Of a stretch of DNA of 64,000 nt, positions 49,871 to 63,180 are shown piece after piece (the first letter of the stretch is position 1; each line of letters starts with the position of its first letter). The notes under the pieces were generated by a model. It did not search any database. It was not told the origin of the DNA and saw only the letters and a list, made by a program, of their open reading frames with translations. Source of the stretch: Rhynchobatus australiae. Its lineage: Eukaryota. Where the stretch lies: positions 82,647,555 to 82,711,554 of the forward strand of contig JAUZTB010000098.1 in assembly GCA_034780895.1 (NCBI GenBank), read 5' to 3'. A program made the translations under genes and the position numbers.

Positions 49871-51199
49871 ACCAGCCATTGAAATATTTAAGAGGTTAAA
49901 AAAAAGTCAGAGCCTGTATCAGGAAGAAGCAATGGATTTACNNNNNNNNNNGTAATATTCTAGTTCTTGACAAGTTTAAAACTAAGAATGAAATAATGGT
50001 GAATTTGTAATTAGAAAAACCAGAGAAAGATACCTTTAAAAATGGATTTGAAATTTATTTCAGCCTTTCACCTTTGGAACCTGTGCCTGATCTGGCACCA
50101 TTTGATGCTGTTAATGTTTCAGTCCAACATGCCTCTGGTTCCCATTTGAATGAAGCTTGGTAAGGCTTATCTCAAGATCCAGGTAGGGAGAGGAATTGCA
50201 TTATGAAGATTTGTTCAACTGCCCAAGAAATCAAGAAGTGGAAGAAGTCATGCGTGTACACTTAGTTCTGCTGTTTTTTTGATCAGAGTTGAAGCACCAT
50301 GTTAGGTCAAAGTGGAGAGCACCATCTTGCCATATTTCAGTCTTTGATCAAATGTGCTACATGTAGGTGTACTTTGTTCATTATTATAAAAGGAGATGAT
50401 GAGTTTGGTTAGCTACTGACACTGTTCAAGAATGCCATGACTACAGTGGAGGTCTTTATCTTAGAATATCTTCTCCCTTCTTAGCCTCAGTCCTTAGTAC
50501 ATCTCATTCTAAGATACGTTGAATTTGTTGCTTTGTCTATTGATCTGGCTGGCCTGGAATAATCCAATTAGAGCTGTATCAAGCAAATGCAACAAAGTAA
50601 TTTTTATTTATAGAGAAATCCAGATGAAGCGCATGGTTCATTGTGGAGGGTCCAGTCAGATGTCTAAATCACAAGTCGAAGAGTTTGAACTAGTAGAAAT
50701 TTGTGTTCATCTTTGCCCTTACAACCTTAGGAATGCTTTATCACCAATGAAATATTGTTGAAATATGGTCATTATTGGTGTATTGAAAATGGCAGCTTAT
50801 GCACAGCAAGATTCCACAAAAGACATTGTGTGCCATTCCTGCTATTCTGTACTTTTTTTTTATAATATTNNNNNNNNNNNNNNNNNNNNNNNNNNNNNNN
50901 NNNNNNNNNNNNNNNNNNNNNNNNNNNNNNNNNNNNNNNNNNNNNNNNNNNNNNNNCCCCCCCCCCAGCCCCCGAAGAGACCATTCAAAAGGGATCATCT
51001 CAGAAAGACTGCCCTGAAGTCTCAGAAATGAGATTCAAACCCATAGCTTCTTTACACAGAGGCAAAAGTGTTGACAGCTGAGATACAGCTAAAGTAAATT
51101 AGGAAATAGTGCCATGATGGTGTTGACATTGGTTTTAATTAAAAATTGTAGATTGGAAGAATTAGAGAAAACAGAGTGAGTGTCATGAGGTGTTCTACG

Positions 51200-51940
51200 G
51201 ATTTGAGGGTTCAGTAGGGAATTACTTGAACAGTGTGCATCTTGGTTCAAATCAATGAAAACTCCAGGAAGACAAAAATCATAAAGAATTGCAAGCAAGA
51301 AATAATAAATAATTGGCTTTTGCTGGCTCATTGCAAAAGTGGTCTAGGCAAGGTGTTTCACTAAAGGTCACCTGAGGTCCAGATCAAAATAAATTGTAGC
51401 TGGGAATGAGATTGGGAAGGCATCATCACAAAAAAGATAATGGAAATCTGAAAGTCTCACAAAGTTGATCAATTGAATATTTCAAAACTGAATCTGAGAA
51501 AAGTTTTTAAGGTTGGGTGTTAATGATTACAGAAGAGAGTGCATGAATGGAGCTAAGGTACAGATCAGCCACAATGTGGTTAAATGCAAAGCTGGCATGA
51601 GGAGCTGAGTAGCCTGATCACATTCTATGTTCCTCTACTCCCCACAGCAGCAGGGTAGGATTTGTGAAGCATTAGGCAGGGACATGAGGGAGTGTGTTCA
51701 CATCCTGCAAAGGATATAATAGACTTTCTGTGCTTCATTTCTGAAAACTTGTGTACCAGGCTCCAATATTTTTTCAAGCATGAGAGACCTCAAATATACA
51801 GAGAGATTGGGAAACTAGGATTGTTCTCCTCCGGGTAGTAAATGTTAAGGGGGATTCAATACAGATCTTCAAAATTATGAAGTGTTTTGATAGAGTTAAT
51901 AAAGCAAAATTGTTTCTATTGGTGGGAGGAAATGGAAAGT
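51200..51940 (+). mobile_element. Decayed CR1 3' fragments
   Basis: gctaaggtacagatcagccac tail and ggattgttctcctcc..ttaaggggg..ttcaaaattatgaagtgttttgatagagt. Confidence 0.6.
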
Positions 51941-52619
51941 GTCACATGGGTGCTATAGTTGGCTTAATGTTGAAAAATTCTGCACAACAAAAGCAAAATT
52001 AATTCAGTAATGTTCTTTTAGCTTCAAGGTTTTTATAATCCCTTTGTGCTCGTGATTGTCGAGCTTACCTAGTGGCCCATAGGCACATTCGGAAACCTGA
52101 ATATGGGTGAATGTGTTAAATATGCCATCTACACTGAGCTAGAAATAATGGCTAATGAAAGGCAAGGTGCAGTCACAATACAATCCTTGGTGGTTAAAAA
52201 ATATTGAAGTTAAAATGCCTCCATTTGTACCACAGTAAAAAATGAAAGTGTTCTTGCAGTGCGAGCAGCTGCAATCAACAATCATACATTGACAGAAGAT
52301 TTCAAGGACAACTGCAAATTGCCATGGTTACCTGGAGTGAGAATTTTCATTGGTAAATTTCAGAGCAAGTTTTGTGAATAAATCTTATGTAGAAGTCACC
52401 TTAATGGTTCCATCTTCACCTGCAGATTTCAATTCCCATTAGCTAGATGAGGGACTAAATTCCAAGCACTGAAGGACTCAGCATTGATTACATTGTTATC
52501 TCTATGACTGTTTGATAACATTTCATCTTATTGAATTGCTTTTGCTGGTGTTACTGTTTAATGAATGATTTGTTTTATTCCCCCTGTTACTTTCTGTTTT
52601 GCTCTCCTCTCCTCCTTGG

Positions 52620-53090
52620 AAGCCAGCCATGGCTCTGAATTAGCACTCCCTCCTCTCACTCAGAAGGTTACAAGATTGTGGATCCAAGTCTGACTCCAGA
52701 GGCGAGCTCAAAATCAAAGCTGCCACTTGAGTGCACCACTGAGAGAGTGCTTCACCATCAGATGCACTTTTATTCAACTGAGTACATTAAGCCAGAGCAC
52801 GTTCAACTGGATGTATAAGCTCCCATGACACCATTTCAAAGAGGAGCAGGGCAGTGTTCCCTTCTTCCCAACCAATATTAATTCCACAAATAGCAAGTTA
52901 TCCTCAAGGCTATTGTGGGACCTTGNNNNNNNNNNNNNNNNNNNNNNNNNNNNNNNNNNNNNNNNNNNNNNNNNNNNNNNNNNNNNNNNNNNNNNNNNNN
53001 NNNNNNNNNNNNNNNNNNNNNNNNNTCACACTTCATCAGGACACAGAGAACTCTCCAAGAATTCTTACTTAAAAGACATTATATATATGT
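52620..53090 (+). mobile_element. Deu-domain SINE in sense orientation
   Basis: tRNA-like head tggctc..tagcactc..tcagaaggtt..tccaagtc, then actgagagagtgct, cccatgacaccatttcaaagaggagcagg, tgtgggaccttg. Confidence 0.65.
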
Positions 53091-53984
53091 GAAATTGTTC
53101 CTATTTTATCCTTCCTCAGTTCCTTCCTGAAGGGGACTCACTGTGCTATGGTCTGGTTCCATAGGCACCAGTCTTGGTGCCACTCCAATAGTGAACCTGA
53201 ACATGGGAATAGTAGCAGGCTATTTGACTGTGGCAAGCAGTACAGCCATGCCTAATGCACCTCACCTAGGTTTGTGCCTGGTAGAGATGGACCAATAAGA
53301 TGACAGAGTTTAGCTACTGAAGTTTTTCTAGACACATGAATGTTGAGGACAACTGCAGTGTTCCCAAATTTTCCCTCTTCCCCTGCAATGCAAAGCTGAC
53401 TCGAGGTCAAAGTTGTTTTTTTCATAGCCTGATAAATATAGTTTATAGGTAAGTACTTAAAATCTGGACTACTGAGGTGATCGTGGGATGATCATCTCAT
53501 TGTTAAATCTGCAACATGCATTGTGAAAGAGGCATCTGATTCAGGACTTCTGCCCCAAATTGTGCTTGGGAGTAAAAGGAATTGGAGTAGCTCGTGAAGT
53601 TCATAGGACTGCTGCCCTGTTCAATCAGTTACTGGACTTCCATTTACTCTCTTTTACTAATGTTTCTTGATAACCTTGACAATTAGGTCCATCCATCTTT
53701 AAAGCCACAATTCATCCTCTAGTCTTCAGAAGGGAAGAGAGATTGAGGTCTTGTTTGAATAAGTGCTTCCTTCACAATTTAACTCATATTTTAAGATCAT
53801 ACCCCTTTGTTCTTGATTTCCCTCACCAGAGGAAGTAGTTTCTTGATACATAATCTACTACACCTATTCATGAACAAATGTAAATGTGCTTTTGAGAGTG
53901 AGCCAATATTTTGTTATCTTTTGTACGTCTGATATATCTACCCCCATTTGTGACTTCTTTTTGAGGGAATGCATTTAAAGTAAC

Positions 53985-54440
53985 AATAACTTGCATTTGT
54001 GTAGATCAATTAACGTGTTAAAACATTGTAAGGTGCTTTACAGAACATAAAACAGGCAAAAACAAACCTAACCAATTAAAGAGACTTCAGGTAAGTTGTT
54101 CAAATGCCTGGTCAGAGTTAGGTTTTAAGAGTTACAGTTAGATGCACAGGTTTACAGGTGGAATTCCAGAGCACAGGGCCCAGAGAATTGAAGGCAGACT
54201 TGTTAGCAACACAGTTAACAAAGCCCAGGATTGCAAGAGGTGAAGGAAAGTAGAGTTTTCTGAAGATTTTGGGGACTTGACTAGCAGGAAGAAGCAAGAC
54301 ATGGAGTGAATTTAAAAACTTCATGTTATTAAACTTGTACAATTGCTCTGAGTCAGGATTACTATTTCTCAATTGGATTTGAAGCACATTATAGGACTGT
54401 GGAAAGCGTGCCTCAATCTGATGTACCAGGTGTTCTGAGT
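53985..54440 (-). mobile_element. L2 3' tail remnant
   Basis: aacaataacttgcatttgtgtag..aaggtgctttacag..gaattccagagcacagggcc. Confidence 0.6.
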
Positions 54441-55787
54441 GCAGCACTCTTTATTTAAAGCATTGTTAGCTAAATTGGACTTTTCCATGAACAGAGCATT
54501 GAAAGGCCTTGACAGCTGCTGAGCCACTATAATCCATTTGAATCATTTGTTTCTATAGGAAGTCCGATAATTACTGTTTTTAGCAGTGCAATAGGTCTAA
54601 GCTGATGTTTATATTAAATGGGAGCCTCCTCTCATCATTCTTATCTAACCCTTTCCAGATGTACCTCTGTTCCTTTTGTCTCCTCTACTTATCTAGAACC
54701 TCCTTAAATGGATCTTTGCTGATGCCACTTTTCAGGCATGGATTAGAGCTGTGCCACTTCAAGCCTCTGCATAGGTTAAATCACAACTGGTTAAATCCCT
54801 CCTCTGTGCTGATTATCAGAAGCTTGAAATTTAGAAGCTGAAAGTGCTGCAAGTCTGCATAGGCCAGCTAGCCTCCGAAAGATGAAGTACACCACCTGTA
54901 CTTTCCCCACACCTGAATTTGTTGGTCTGGATGCAGAGGTCCTTTGTGTTTCCTGGCTGAAATATCCAAGATTCTGCTGCCAAGGCCTGATTAGTTGCAT
55001 TTACTATCTTTAAATAATGAAGAAAATAAGTTAAACAATTTTACATTTATAATCCTTTTTATTTAAAAAAAATCAAACAAAAAATAGCCAAAAACACCCC
55101 AAAAGGCTTGCATGTAATCTAAAGCATTATAAAACAATTTTAAAAAAGGAACATACCTTCCCCTTTGCTTTCTTATCCACAGCCCTACAAGCCCCATTGA
55201 AATCAATGGGGTTGCAGATCCTGCACCAGGTCTAACCTGGCTGAGGATCCACGAAGCAGTTCACCAGTGTAATTACCATGGGGAGTCCCAGCGAGACTAT
55301 GGACCGAACTGACAGAACCAACGTTCTAAATGAGTCATTAAGTTTGGGATGTCGGTACGTAAATACGCATGTGTGAAAGTCTCAAAATTGCTTTCATTTA
55401 AAGGAGTAAGTGCCAGCTGTTCTATTCAGAACCTCTGATATTTACCAGCAAGGTCTGAGTTTAATGTGTTTGATTTTACTTTTACTTACTTACCCCACAA
55501 ACCCATCATGTGTCACTGCCCAAGAATCCAATATTGAGGTCAGACTCTTCCCAAATTTCACAAAATTTTATGGCTGTGTGGATCATTCTCCTTTTAGTAC
55601 AGTACAGTCAAGTTGTTTAGCCCTTTAACATGACTATTTCTGGAGGAAGGTAATACTGTGTAGTTAAATACAGTGAGGAGACATGGATAGTTAATTTGTT
55701 ATTTTGGGACATTATTTGGCCAAAGTATTTTTTCCATATATATTTTGGAAGCATTTTGTTCTCTATTATTGACCTATGTGGAATGTA

Positions 55788-55960
55788 TTTGCACTATTTA
55801 ATTGTGTCATGAGTTATTAGCACTACTTAAATATTTTATGTCATATGCACAATTTAAGTGAATCACGGGTAATTTGCACTATTTAAATGGGCCACAGATA
55901 ATCTTCATTATTTAAGCATGCTACGCATATTTTTCATCACTTAAATGTGCTACGTGCTTT
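55788..55960. repeat. Degenerate ~29-bp minisatellite, 6 units
   Basis: Units start at 55788, 55817, 55844, 55873, 55902 and 55931, with core (t/a)gcactatttaa. Confidence 0.7.
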
Positions 55961-57760
55961 AAATAATGATTCTGCAAAGTGTCTTGATTAATGATAATGG
56001 AGGCACCGACAGCAAGCCATATCTGTTATTAAGAAATCATGTCCTGATATCTGATTGACAATATAGATTACTAAAAGTCTTTTCTATTACCAGCAGTCAG
56101 CATTCTTTCATGTCTCAAAGGAGCCACATTTTCTTATTCCCCCCCCCCCCTTTATTTACCAATTTTATATTAATCGTGTTGTCAGCTAATGAGTTTGAGG
56201 TGAGGTGAGAAGATACAGCAAATAATTTATTTTATAGCACAAAGTAAATTTATTCAGAAAATAGATTCTGTTTAAAGAGCAGGTAAAGCAAACTTAAGAT
56301 GGATTCTGCAGCACCTTCTTCCAATAAAATCAAAATCATATGTGTAAGTTGGAGTGAAGACTATTGGTCTGATGTGTCTTCTGCAGAGTGCTTTGGCTTG
56401 TTTTACTATATTACTACGTTAATGCAAGTTGTTGTTTTTTGACCTGAAGTGCAAAATACGTTTATGCCTTGCCTTGCACTCTTTCCACCAGTGCTCATGC
56501 ACATACTTCCACTTGGAACCTTTGGTAGCAGTAGCTTCTCCAGGAGCTGGAACCTGGCCAGTCTTTCTTCCTTGTGCCAGGAGTCAGGAACATAATGCAA
56601 ATCCTGGTTTACATTGCTAACAGCTAAATCAGTCCATATTAACATATACACCTTTAAGAGCTGTACTCTTCAGTACTAAGCACAACATTTTGCAACCAAC
56701 AAGCTGTTAATAACAATTTACTTCTTTCCTATTGCTGGCCAAGATTCAGTGAGTACCAGCTGCCCTCAACAGTAAATGCCAGTCAGCTATTAAACTGTGG
56801 GGCATGGCATTACAGCAAAGGCTCTTTATTCTCAGGATGTGGGAGATGTATGTTTATTACCCATCTTCAACTGCTAAACAAAGGCAATCTTTAGATCTGG
56901 TCTCCTTAGACATTTTGGACTGTAGCATGGGACTGGAGTCATGTGTTGGTCAGATGCTGTTAGCTGTTGAGTTTTCTTCCACGAACAGTAAGATAACTTT
57001 TTAAAATAGTTGCACAATTATTTTGTCTTGCAGCAACATTTGTAAATTTGCACCCTCTAGATTGCTGATCTAGTGGTGTGGTTAAATCTACCCTGCACCA
57101 ATATCCAAGCAGTCACTCAACAAGAATGACAAGATCAGCAGTGGGACTGGAGTCTGATTTCCCCTTCTTGTTCTTTCGTTCAGGATTATAAAATGTTTAG
57201 GATCTGTAATATGGGAGAAATGACCAGTCATTAGTAGCTAAACAAATACATGGTGCCACATATATTCCGCTTGCATTATGCTTTCTGTCACTGACCAAGA
57301 TAAGTGAACAGCTGATTTCTAATCATCAGATTTGTAACAGTTCATCTTAAGCCAACAATTACAAAACACAACAGATCTACAAAGTGTGCTTAATGTGTTA
57401 GGATTTCCATGTTCATTCTTTTAATTCTGTTCTACACAGGCTACAAATTTTAAACGAAGTATCTTCCGAGTTCAAAACCAGTTGCTCAGATAAGTTTAAG
57501 ATGAATTGCAGTTCATTCAGTTGAAACAGAAATGAGGCTTTTCTGATTGACAGCTGGTCTCGATGGTGGGATAAATGACATGTCCTTCACAGTATGTTCA
57601 GTACTTAGATGTAGTGCATCAGCAAAATAAGCTACCAAGAGATAAAAAAGGACCTGCATTTCTATTTGCTCAGTAAGCAACTTACAGTCAACAAAGTACT
57701 AAGTTTGGTGACTACTCTACTATAATTGATGCATGCAATAACAAAAAATTATTGCAGATA

Positions 57761-57958
57761 CAGGTCCTCCCCAGCTTACAAATGCTTGACTTATGTCTGT
57801 ATGTATGAACAAATGTTTGGGAAACCAGCTGGATGGACTTTCTGGCTGCTGCAAGGTTGCAGGCATCTTCTGCCATGTGGGAAGTTGCTTCACAGTCGCA
57901 TTTCCCATTAGCAAACTATTTGGGTTATGGAACCCTATTGTAACCTGGGATGGACCTG
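57761..57958. mobile_element. Tc1/mariner (pogo/Tigger-like) MITE, 198 bp, TA target-site duplication
   Basis: TA|caggtcctccccagcttacaa ... ttgtaacctgggatggacctg|TA: ~21-bp imperfect TIRs. Inserted in a Deu-SINE spanning ~57650-58180. Confidence 0.85.
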
Positions 57959-58584
57959 TAATGTATTTGGTTGAGGACCAGTGAATGACCTGGATACTGG
58001 TGAGATCCCTTTGTATTTACTTGAGGAGTGGCCGGGGCTTCAGTTAAAGATAGTACAGTGCTCCCACGGTATTGCCCTGGAATTTTGGCCTTAATTTTGT
58101 GTGCAAGTATCTGGAGTGGGATAACCTTCTTAATCAGAGATCAGAAGGTTATCAGTTTAGCCAGGGCTAGCACATTGAAAGCATTTCTTTGGTTTAAAAA
58201 CCTTTGGACCATTCTGAGTTTGTGAAATATGCTGTACAGTTACACCTTCCTGTCTCTGGATCACAGCTGATCAGTAACTCAACTAGATTTGCCCAACTTT
58301 AATCCATATTCCTCGCTAATTATTACCTCAGAACAAACTCCATGTGCCAGGGCCCACTGTGGTTAAAGAAGCTTCAAAGGCAGATCAATACTTTCAAAGT
58401 GTTCTCTGGTGCGATGTATATTTTTCTCTGAGTGGAATGTTTGACATGATTCTGATGTTAATTTTGTGTCCCCTCTCAAACCCCCCCTGTACATATGTGT
58501 GGTGTTCCTTTTGCCTAGACCTGGTGAACCATTTCTGTGAGCAGGTCCTCAGTTTCTTGCTTTGTCCCTACTTTCCCACTGTAG

Positions 58585-58822
58585 CCCCGTCCTCCCCTGC
58601 TGTTGACTCCGTACCCTTGCAGCGCACGGGCAGCCAGAACACAGCAACCTACCAGAGGCCCAGCTATGCCACCGGCCCAGCAGCCAATTATGGAGACCCT
58701 TACCGGACACTCCAGTATTGTCCCTCGGTGGAATCGCCATACAGCAAGTCTGGGCCAGCCATCCCGCCCGAAGGCACCTTGGCACGGTCACCTTCCATTG
58801 ACAGCATTCAGAAGGATCCCAG
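58585..58822 (+). CDS. CTNND2: Delta-2 catenin coding exon (exon 9 equivalent, just before the armadillo repeats), 238 nt
   Basis: Pyrimidine tract then ctgtag|CC CCG TCC...GAT CCC AG|gtaggt. Encodes [17 protein letters not shown]...[38 protein letters not shown]. Confidence 0.97.
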
Positions 58823-61129
58823 GTAGGTGGCAGCTTCTTTGTTATGTTCTCTCAGCAGATATTGTTTAGAAGGCTGCTAACTCTAATGTCACAGAGAAAT
58901 GTTAACTGTAAAATTATTGTTTTGTTTCTTCCTCAATCCCATCTCAAAATTTTTCTTTTTCNNNNNNNNNNAAGGGTAACTTCTCCAAATGCCAGTCAGT
59001 CAGTCACTGGGGGATGCACATGTGCAGTGTGTTTTTTTTTGAGTATATATTCCCTCTCTGTGATGAAAGTTTTCGCTCTTAGTCAGTCACTTCCTTTCCA
59101 CCCCAGAGACCATGACATCTAAGTCTAGAAACATCTAGGGATCCGGAATGCCCCAACATACTGTTCTTGGTGTACTGCAAGGTCTGAGATGATTTGGACT
59201 GTGCTCACACGGAAACTGTCNNNNNNNNNNNNNNNNNNNNNNNNNNNNNNNNNNNNNNNNNNNNNNNNNNNNNNNNNNNNNNNNNNNNNNNNNNNNNNNN
59301 NNNNNNNNNNNNNNNNNNNNAAACTGTCATCAATTCCACTGAATGATTACAAGACATCTGTACAAGCTACACAAGAAGTGAAGTTTCTTTTCTGGTCTTA
59401 CCACACCTCATTTGCTGAGACTGCATGGTGGAAAATCAACAATGTCATCTTGTATTTAATTATCCATGGTTTAATCCAAGGGATCTTCAGCTAACACTTC
59501 CATCGCTCAGTTCTGTGCAGTGGGAGTCATTCTGTAGGGCTGTCGCTGGTTCATTTTTGAAGCAATTTGTTTTCTTAAGTTAACGTTTCTCTGTTCCTAA
59601 AAGTTTGCTGTCTTTGCAACCTAGCATAGAGAGGGCAGAAGCTGATTAGTTTCTTATTTGAGTTCAGGATGTATCAAACAAGGTCTTTGTATTCAATGGT
59701 ATTAAATGTTTGCATTGAAATCTTTGGAGCTTCCTGTTAAATTTAAAGTTTCTAGTTCAATACATTTTCTTGTCCCTCAATTTTTGCCTTGGATCTCAAT
59801 GCTGTCACTTAATCTTGGGTAACCTGCCTGTGAAAAGGCTTTAAATTTGGTATGCATAGTCTAGACTTGCATGTTGTTAAAACTCTGCACTGTTCTGTAA
59901 CACCTATCTAGTTTCTGTCTCAGTGTTCACAAAGTCCTTCTTGGGTTTTGCTTTAAGCCAGTTATCACTTTCAAGGGGTCAAACGATATCGCAGCGACAC
60001 ACTGTCTGGATTCATCAACAAGAACCACAGTTGGTTCAGGTTGGTTCACTGTGATGTTCCTGCATTTTTTTCTTCCCATGTGATATGACGCAGAGAAGAA
60101 ACAACTCTGAAATCTTGTGTGAAAGCTGTAGGGTCGGCACTCTGAAGCTCTGCTTCTTAACCTGCATTTGTATTTTCCCCTACTTGATTAGTGCTTCAAA
60201 AGAATGCATTACAGTTCACACACCAACCTAGTTCACTTTGCTTTGTGAGTGAGATAAATTCCCATTTCTGTGAAGATGGTCTTACTATCAGCAGAAAAAA
60301 AATCTTATCTCGTCAGCTGTGGAACTTTTTTATCATTTTCTGTTCTCTCTGCTAGAGCAAAAGTTCAAAGGCATCAGGAATACAAATCAAACCAAGACAG
60401 CAGCACATTGTGAAATGCTGCATCCTTTTGTATCTGCCTGAACACTATTTGAATTTTTTGTGTACTTGCAAACAAAAACCTACTGGCTTGTTACAGTGAT
60501 TTTCTGTAATATCTCTTGTCTGCTCAGAGCTCCCATGTCTCCTGCTTTCCTATTTGTTACATTTTTTTTGACATCTCAAAGCCTCCCACGTAAGATTAGA
60601 ATTTCTTTTGAATCCGATTTTAAAATTCAGCAGCTATTCCCTGAATGTCAATAGGGTTTGAGTTGAGGGGGGGTGAATAACTGTTCAGATCACTTTCATG
60701 GTTTCATTCACATTTTCTCAGTTGCAAGGTACACAGGGCATCCAGACTNNNNNNNNNNNNNNNNNNNNNNNNNNNNNNNNNNNNNNNNNNNNNNNNNNNN
60801 NNNNNNNNNNNNNNNNNNNNNNNNNNNNNNNNNNNNNNNNNNNNNNNNCCCCATGATGGGTACAGCCAACCACCAAGTTAGAAGAGTCAACTCTCCAGGA
60901 TGTCCGGTGTCCAGGAAATAAAGATCAAGTTGGGAGAAAGTCACAGGGCCAAAATTAAATATGTGGTTTGTTCATTTTCATTTCCATTGAATGCATATGT
61001 TTATTAATCATACAAGTAATAGAGGTGGGGGAAAATGTTGCTATACCGGGCAGAGCAGTTGGAGGCTGAATGTCAATGATGAAGCTTCCAGAAGCACTTT
61101 TACCAGAGATAGGGACGCTTCTTAAAAAT

Positions 61130-61890
61130 GTTTCTCGTGGGGTGAAAGTGCAATTGCTATTTCTAATTGCCGTTGAGGAGGTGGTGGTGAGTTCCCTTCT
61201 TGACCTGCATCATTCCATACATGATCGTACATCTAGGGCTGCATGTATTTCACTTAATGACAAGCTATTTCCCAGATATGACTGCGTGTGACATGAAGGT
61301 GATAGTGTTCCTCTTGCTGTCTTTGTCCTTCTAGGTGGTTTTGGAGAGATGGTGTAAAAGAAACCTTGGCAAGTTGGTGCAATGCAATTAGTAGATACAA
61401 ATTTCAGCAAAGTTGTGCCAGTGGTGGGGGAAGTGTTGATAAAAAGGCAAAAGGCTCCATATTCTGGATGGTGCTGAGCTTCTTAAATGTTGCAGCCTCA
61501 TTCACACAGGCAAATGAATGTTTTGATCATCTCCTGGTTTGCATTTTATACACGTAGAAAGATTTTGGTGAGTGTGTAAGTGAATCATTGCTGCAGAATA
61601 TTGAGCCTCTGACCTGTGTGTGGCCTTGGCATCAATTATATTTCTGGTCAGTGTTTACCTTCAGGTTGTTGATGGTTGAAGATTTGTATCTCAAAGATGG
61701 TTAATTAAACTTTCTTTTGTTGAAGAAAATCATGCGTGCTGTGAATGTTGATTGCCCTTGATTAGCCTTCGCCTGGATGTTGTCCAGGTTTATCTACATG
61801 TAAGTGAGGATTACTTCATTATCTGTGAAGTTGCAAATGTAGCGCTCTGCAGTCATCAGTGAACATCCCCGATCCTGATCATCATGGGGC
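61130..61890 (-). mobile_element. Family B LINE 3' remnant
   Basis: ctttgtccttctaggtggt, tctggatggtgctgagcttcttaaatgttgcagc and gaacatcccc are colinear with 8675-9480. Confidence 0.7.
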
Positions 61891-62232
61891 AAGGTTACCA
61901 CGAAAAGAACTGGCAACAGCAGTTGGTTCCAATAGCTCTCCGCTGTTTAATTGCTTCTGTGGGCGATTGTTTCAAAACATACAGTCTTTGCATTGTTATA
62001 TTGTAACTGGCAGATAAATAATATCATACAACAATAATAATATGAGGTGTTATCAGGTCCCCCATGTTCCCAGTGTTGATCTCCCTGATATCTGTAACCC
62101 CATGAGTACTATTTTTGATTATTCATATATTCGTCATGTCCTTAAACATTCTCAACAATGTCAAATACCATTTTCCCCCCATATCTTTTATTTTCAGTAA
62201 TTAGTAAAAATGTTCAAACAAACTTTTTAAGT

Positions 62233-62306
<74 letters not shown>

Positions 62307-62719
62307 NNNNNNNNNNNNNNNNNNNNNNNNNNNNNNNNNNNNNNNNNNNNNNNNNNNNNNNNNNNNNNNNNNNNNNNNNNNNNNNNNNNNNNNNNNNNNN
62401 NNNNNNGTGATTCCTGCGTGTAAATCTTATTTCCTGTTGTCACAATATACAGCTTTCTATTAGCATTTATGTTTGTAAATTGCTGTCTCAGGACTTCCAA
62501 TTCAATTTACATCTGATTGGCAATATTGTTACATACCCTGGCTACCAGATGGTTCTGTGGAGCAAGTTATTGAAGCCCATTTCACAATCTATTACCATCG
62601 ACTAACTGTGACCAGCATTCTGAATAATTTACCAGTTCATTAGACTAAATATCCTGCCCTCCTCAATTTTCTCCTTAATGAAATAGAGTGATTATTATTT
62701 GTGGTCCCTTGGATATAGT

Positions 62720-63180
62720 AGAAAGACCTTGCATTTACAGAAGATCTTTTATGATCACAGGACATCCCAAAGTGCTTCAATGCAAATTATGTCCTGGGAA
62801 AGTCTGGTCCCTGTTGTAATACAGGGCATTTAGCAGCCAAATTGCATGCAGCAAGGTCCCACAAACACCAATGAGAGAAATAACCAGATAAAGCACCACC
62901 TTCTAGCTGAAGGATAAATCTTGATTGAGGCACTAGGAAGAACTCCTCTGTACTTCTTAGCAAATGCCATGATATTTTTAACTATGCAAAGGAAAAATTG
63001 CTTCTCTGTTAGATGTCTCATCCAAAGGATGGCAGCTATGACAATGCAGCCCTTTCACAGTATCAAATTGGGATTATCAGCCTGGATTATGCACTCAAGG
63101 CTGTGAAATTTGGCCTGGGTGCACAATCATTTGACTCTGAGGTGAGTGTATTACCACAAAGCCTTAGCACAAAGACTCAG
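62720..63180 (-). mobile_element. Deu-domain SINE, most complete copy in the window
   Basis: gaccttgcatttaca..caggacatcccaaagtgctt..gcagccaaattgcatgcagcaaggtcccacaaac..atgtctcatccaaagga..cagcctggattatgcactcaag..tgactctgaggtgagtgt. Confidence 0.75.

Noticed and set aside
62233-62306. Poly-G run giving poly-Gly/poly-Pro ORFs or a G-quadruplex
   Set aside because: A pure homopolymer running into a gap is typical of a sequencing or assembly artefact.
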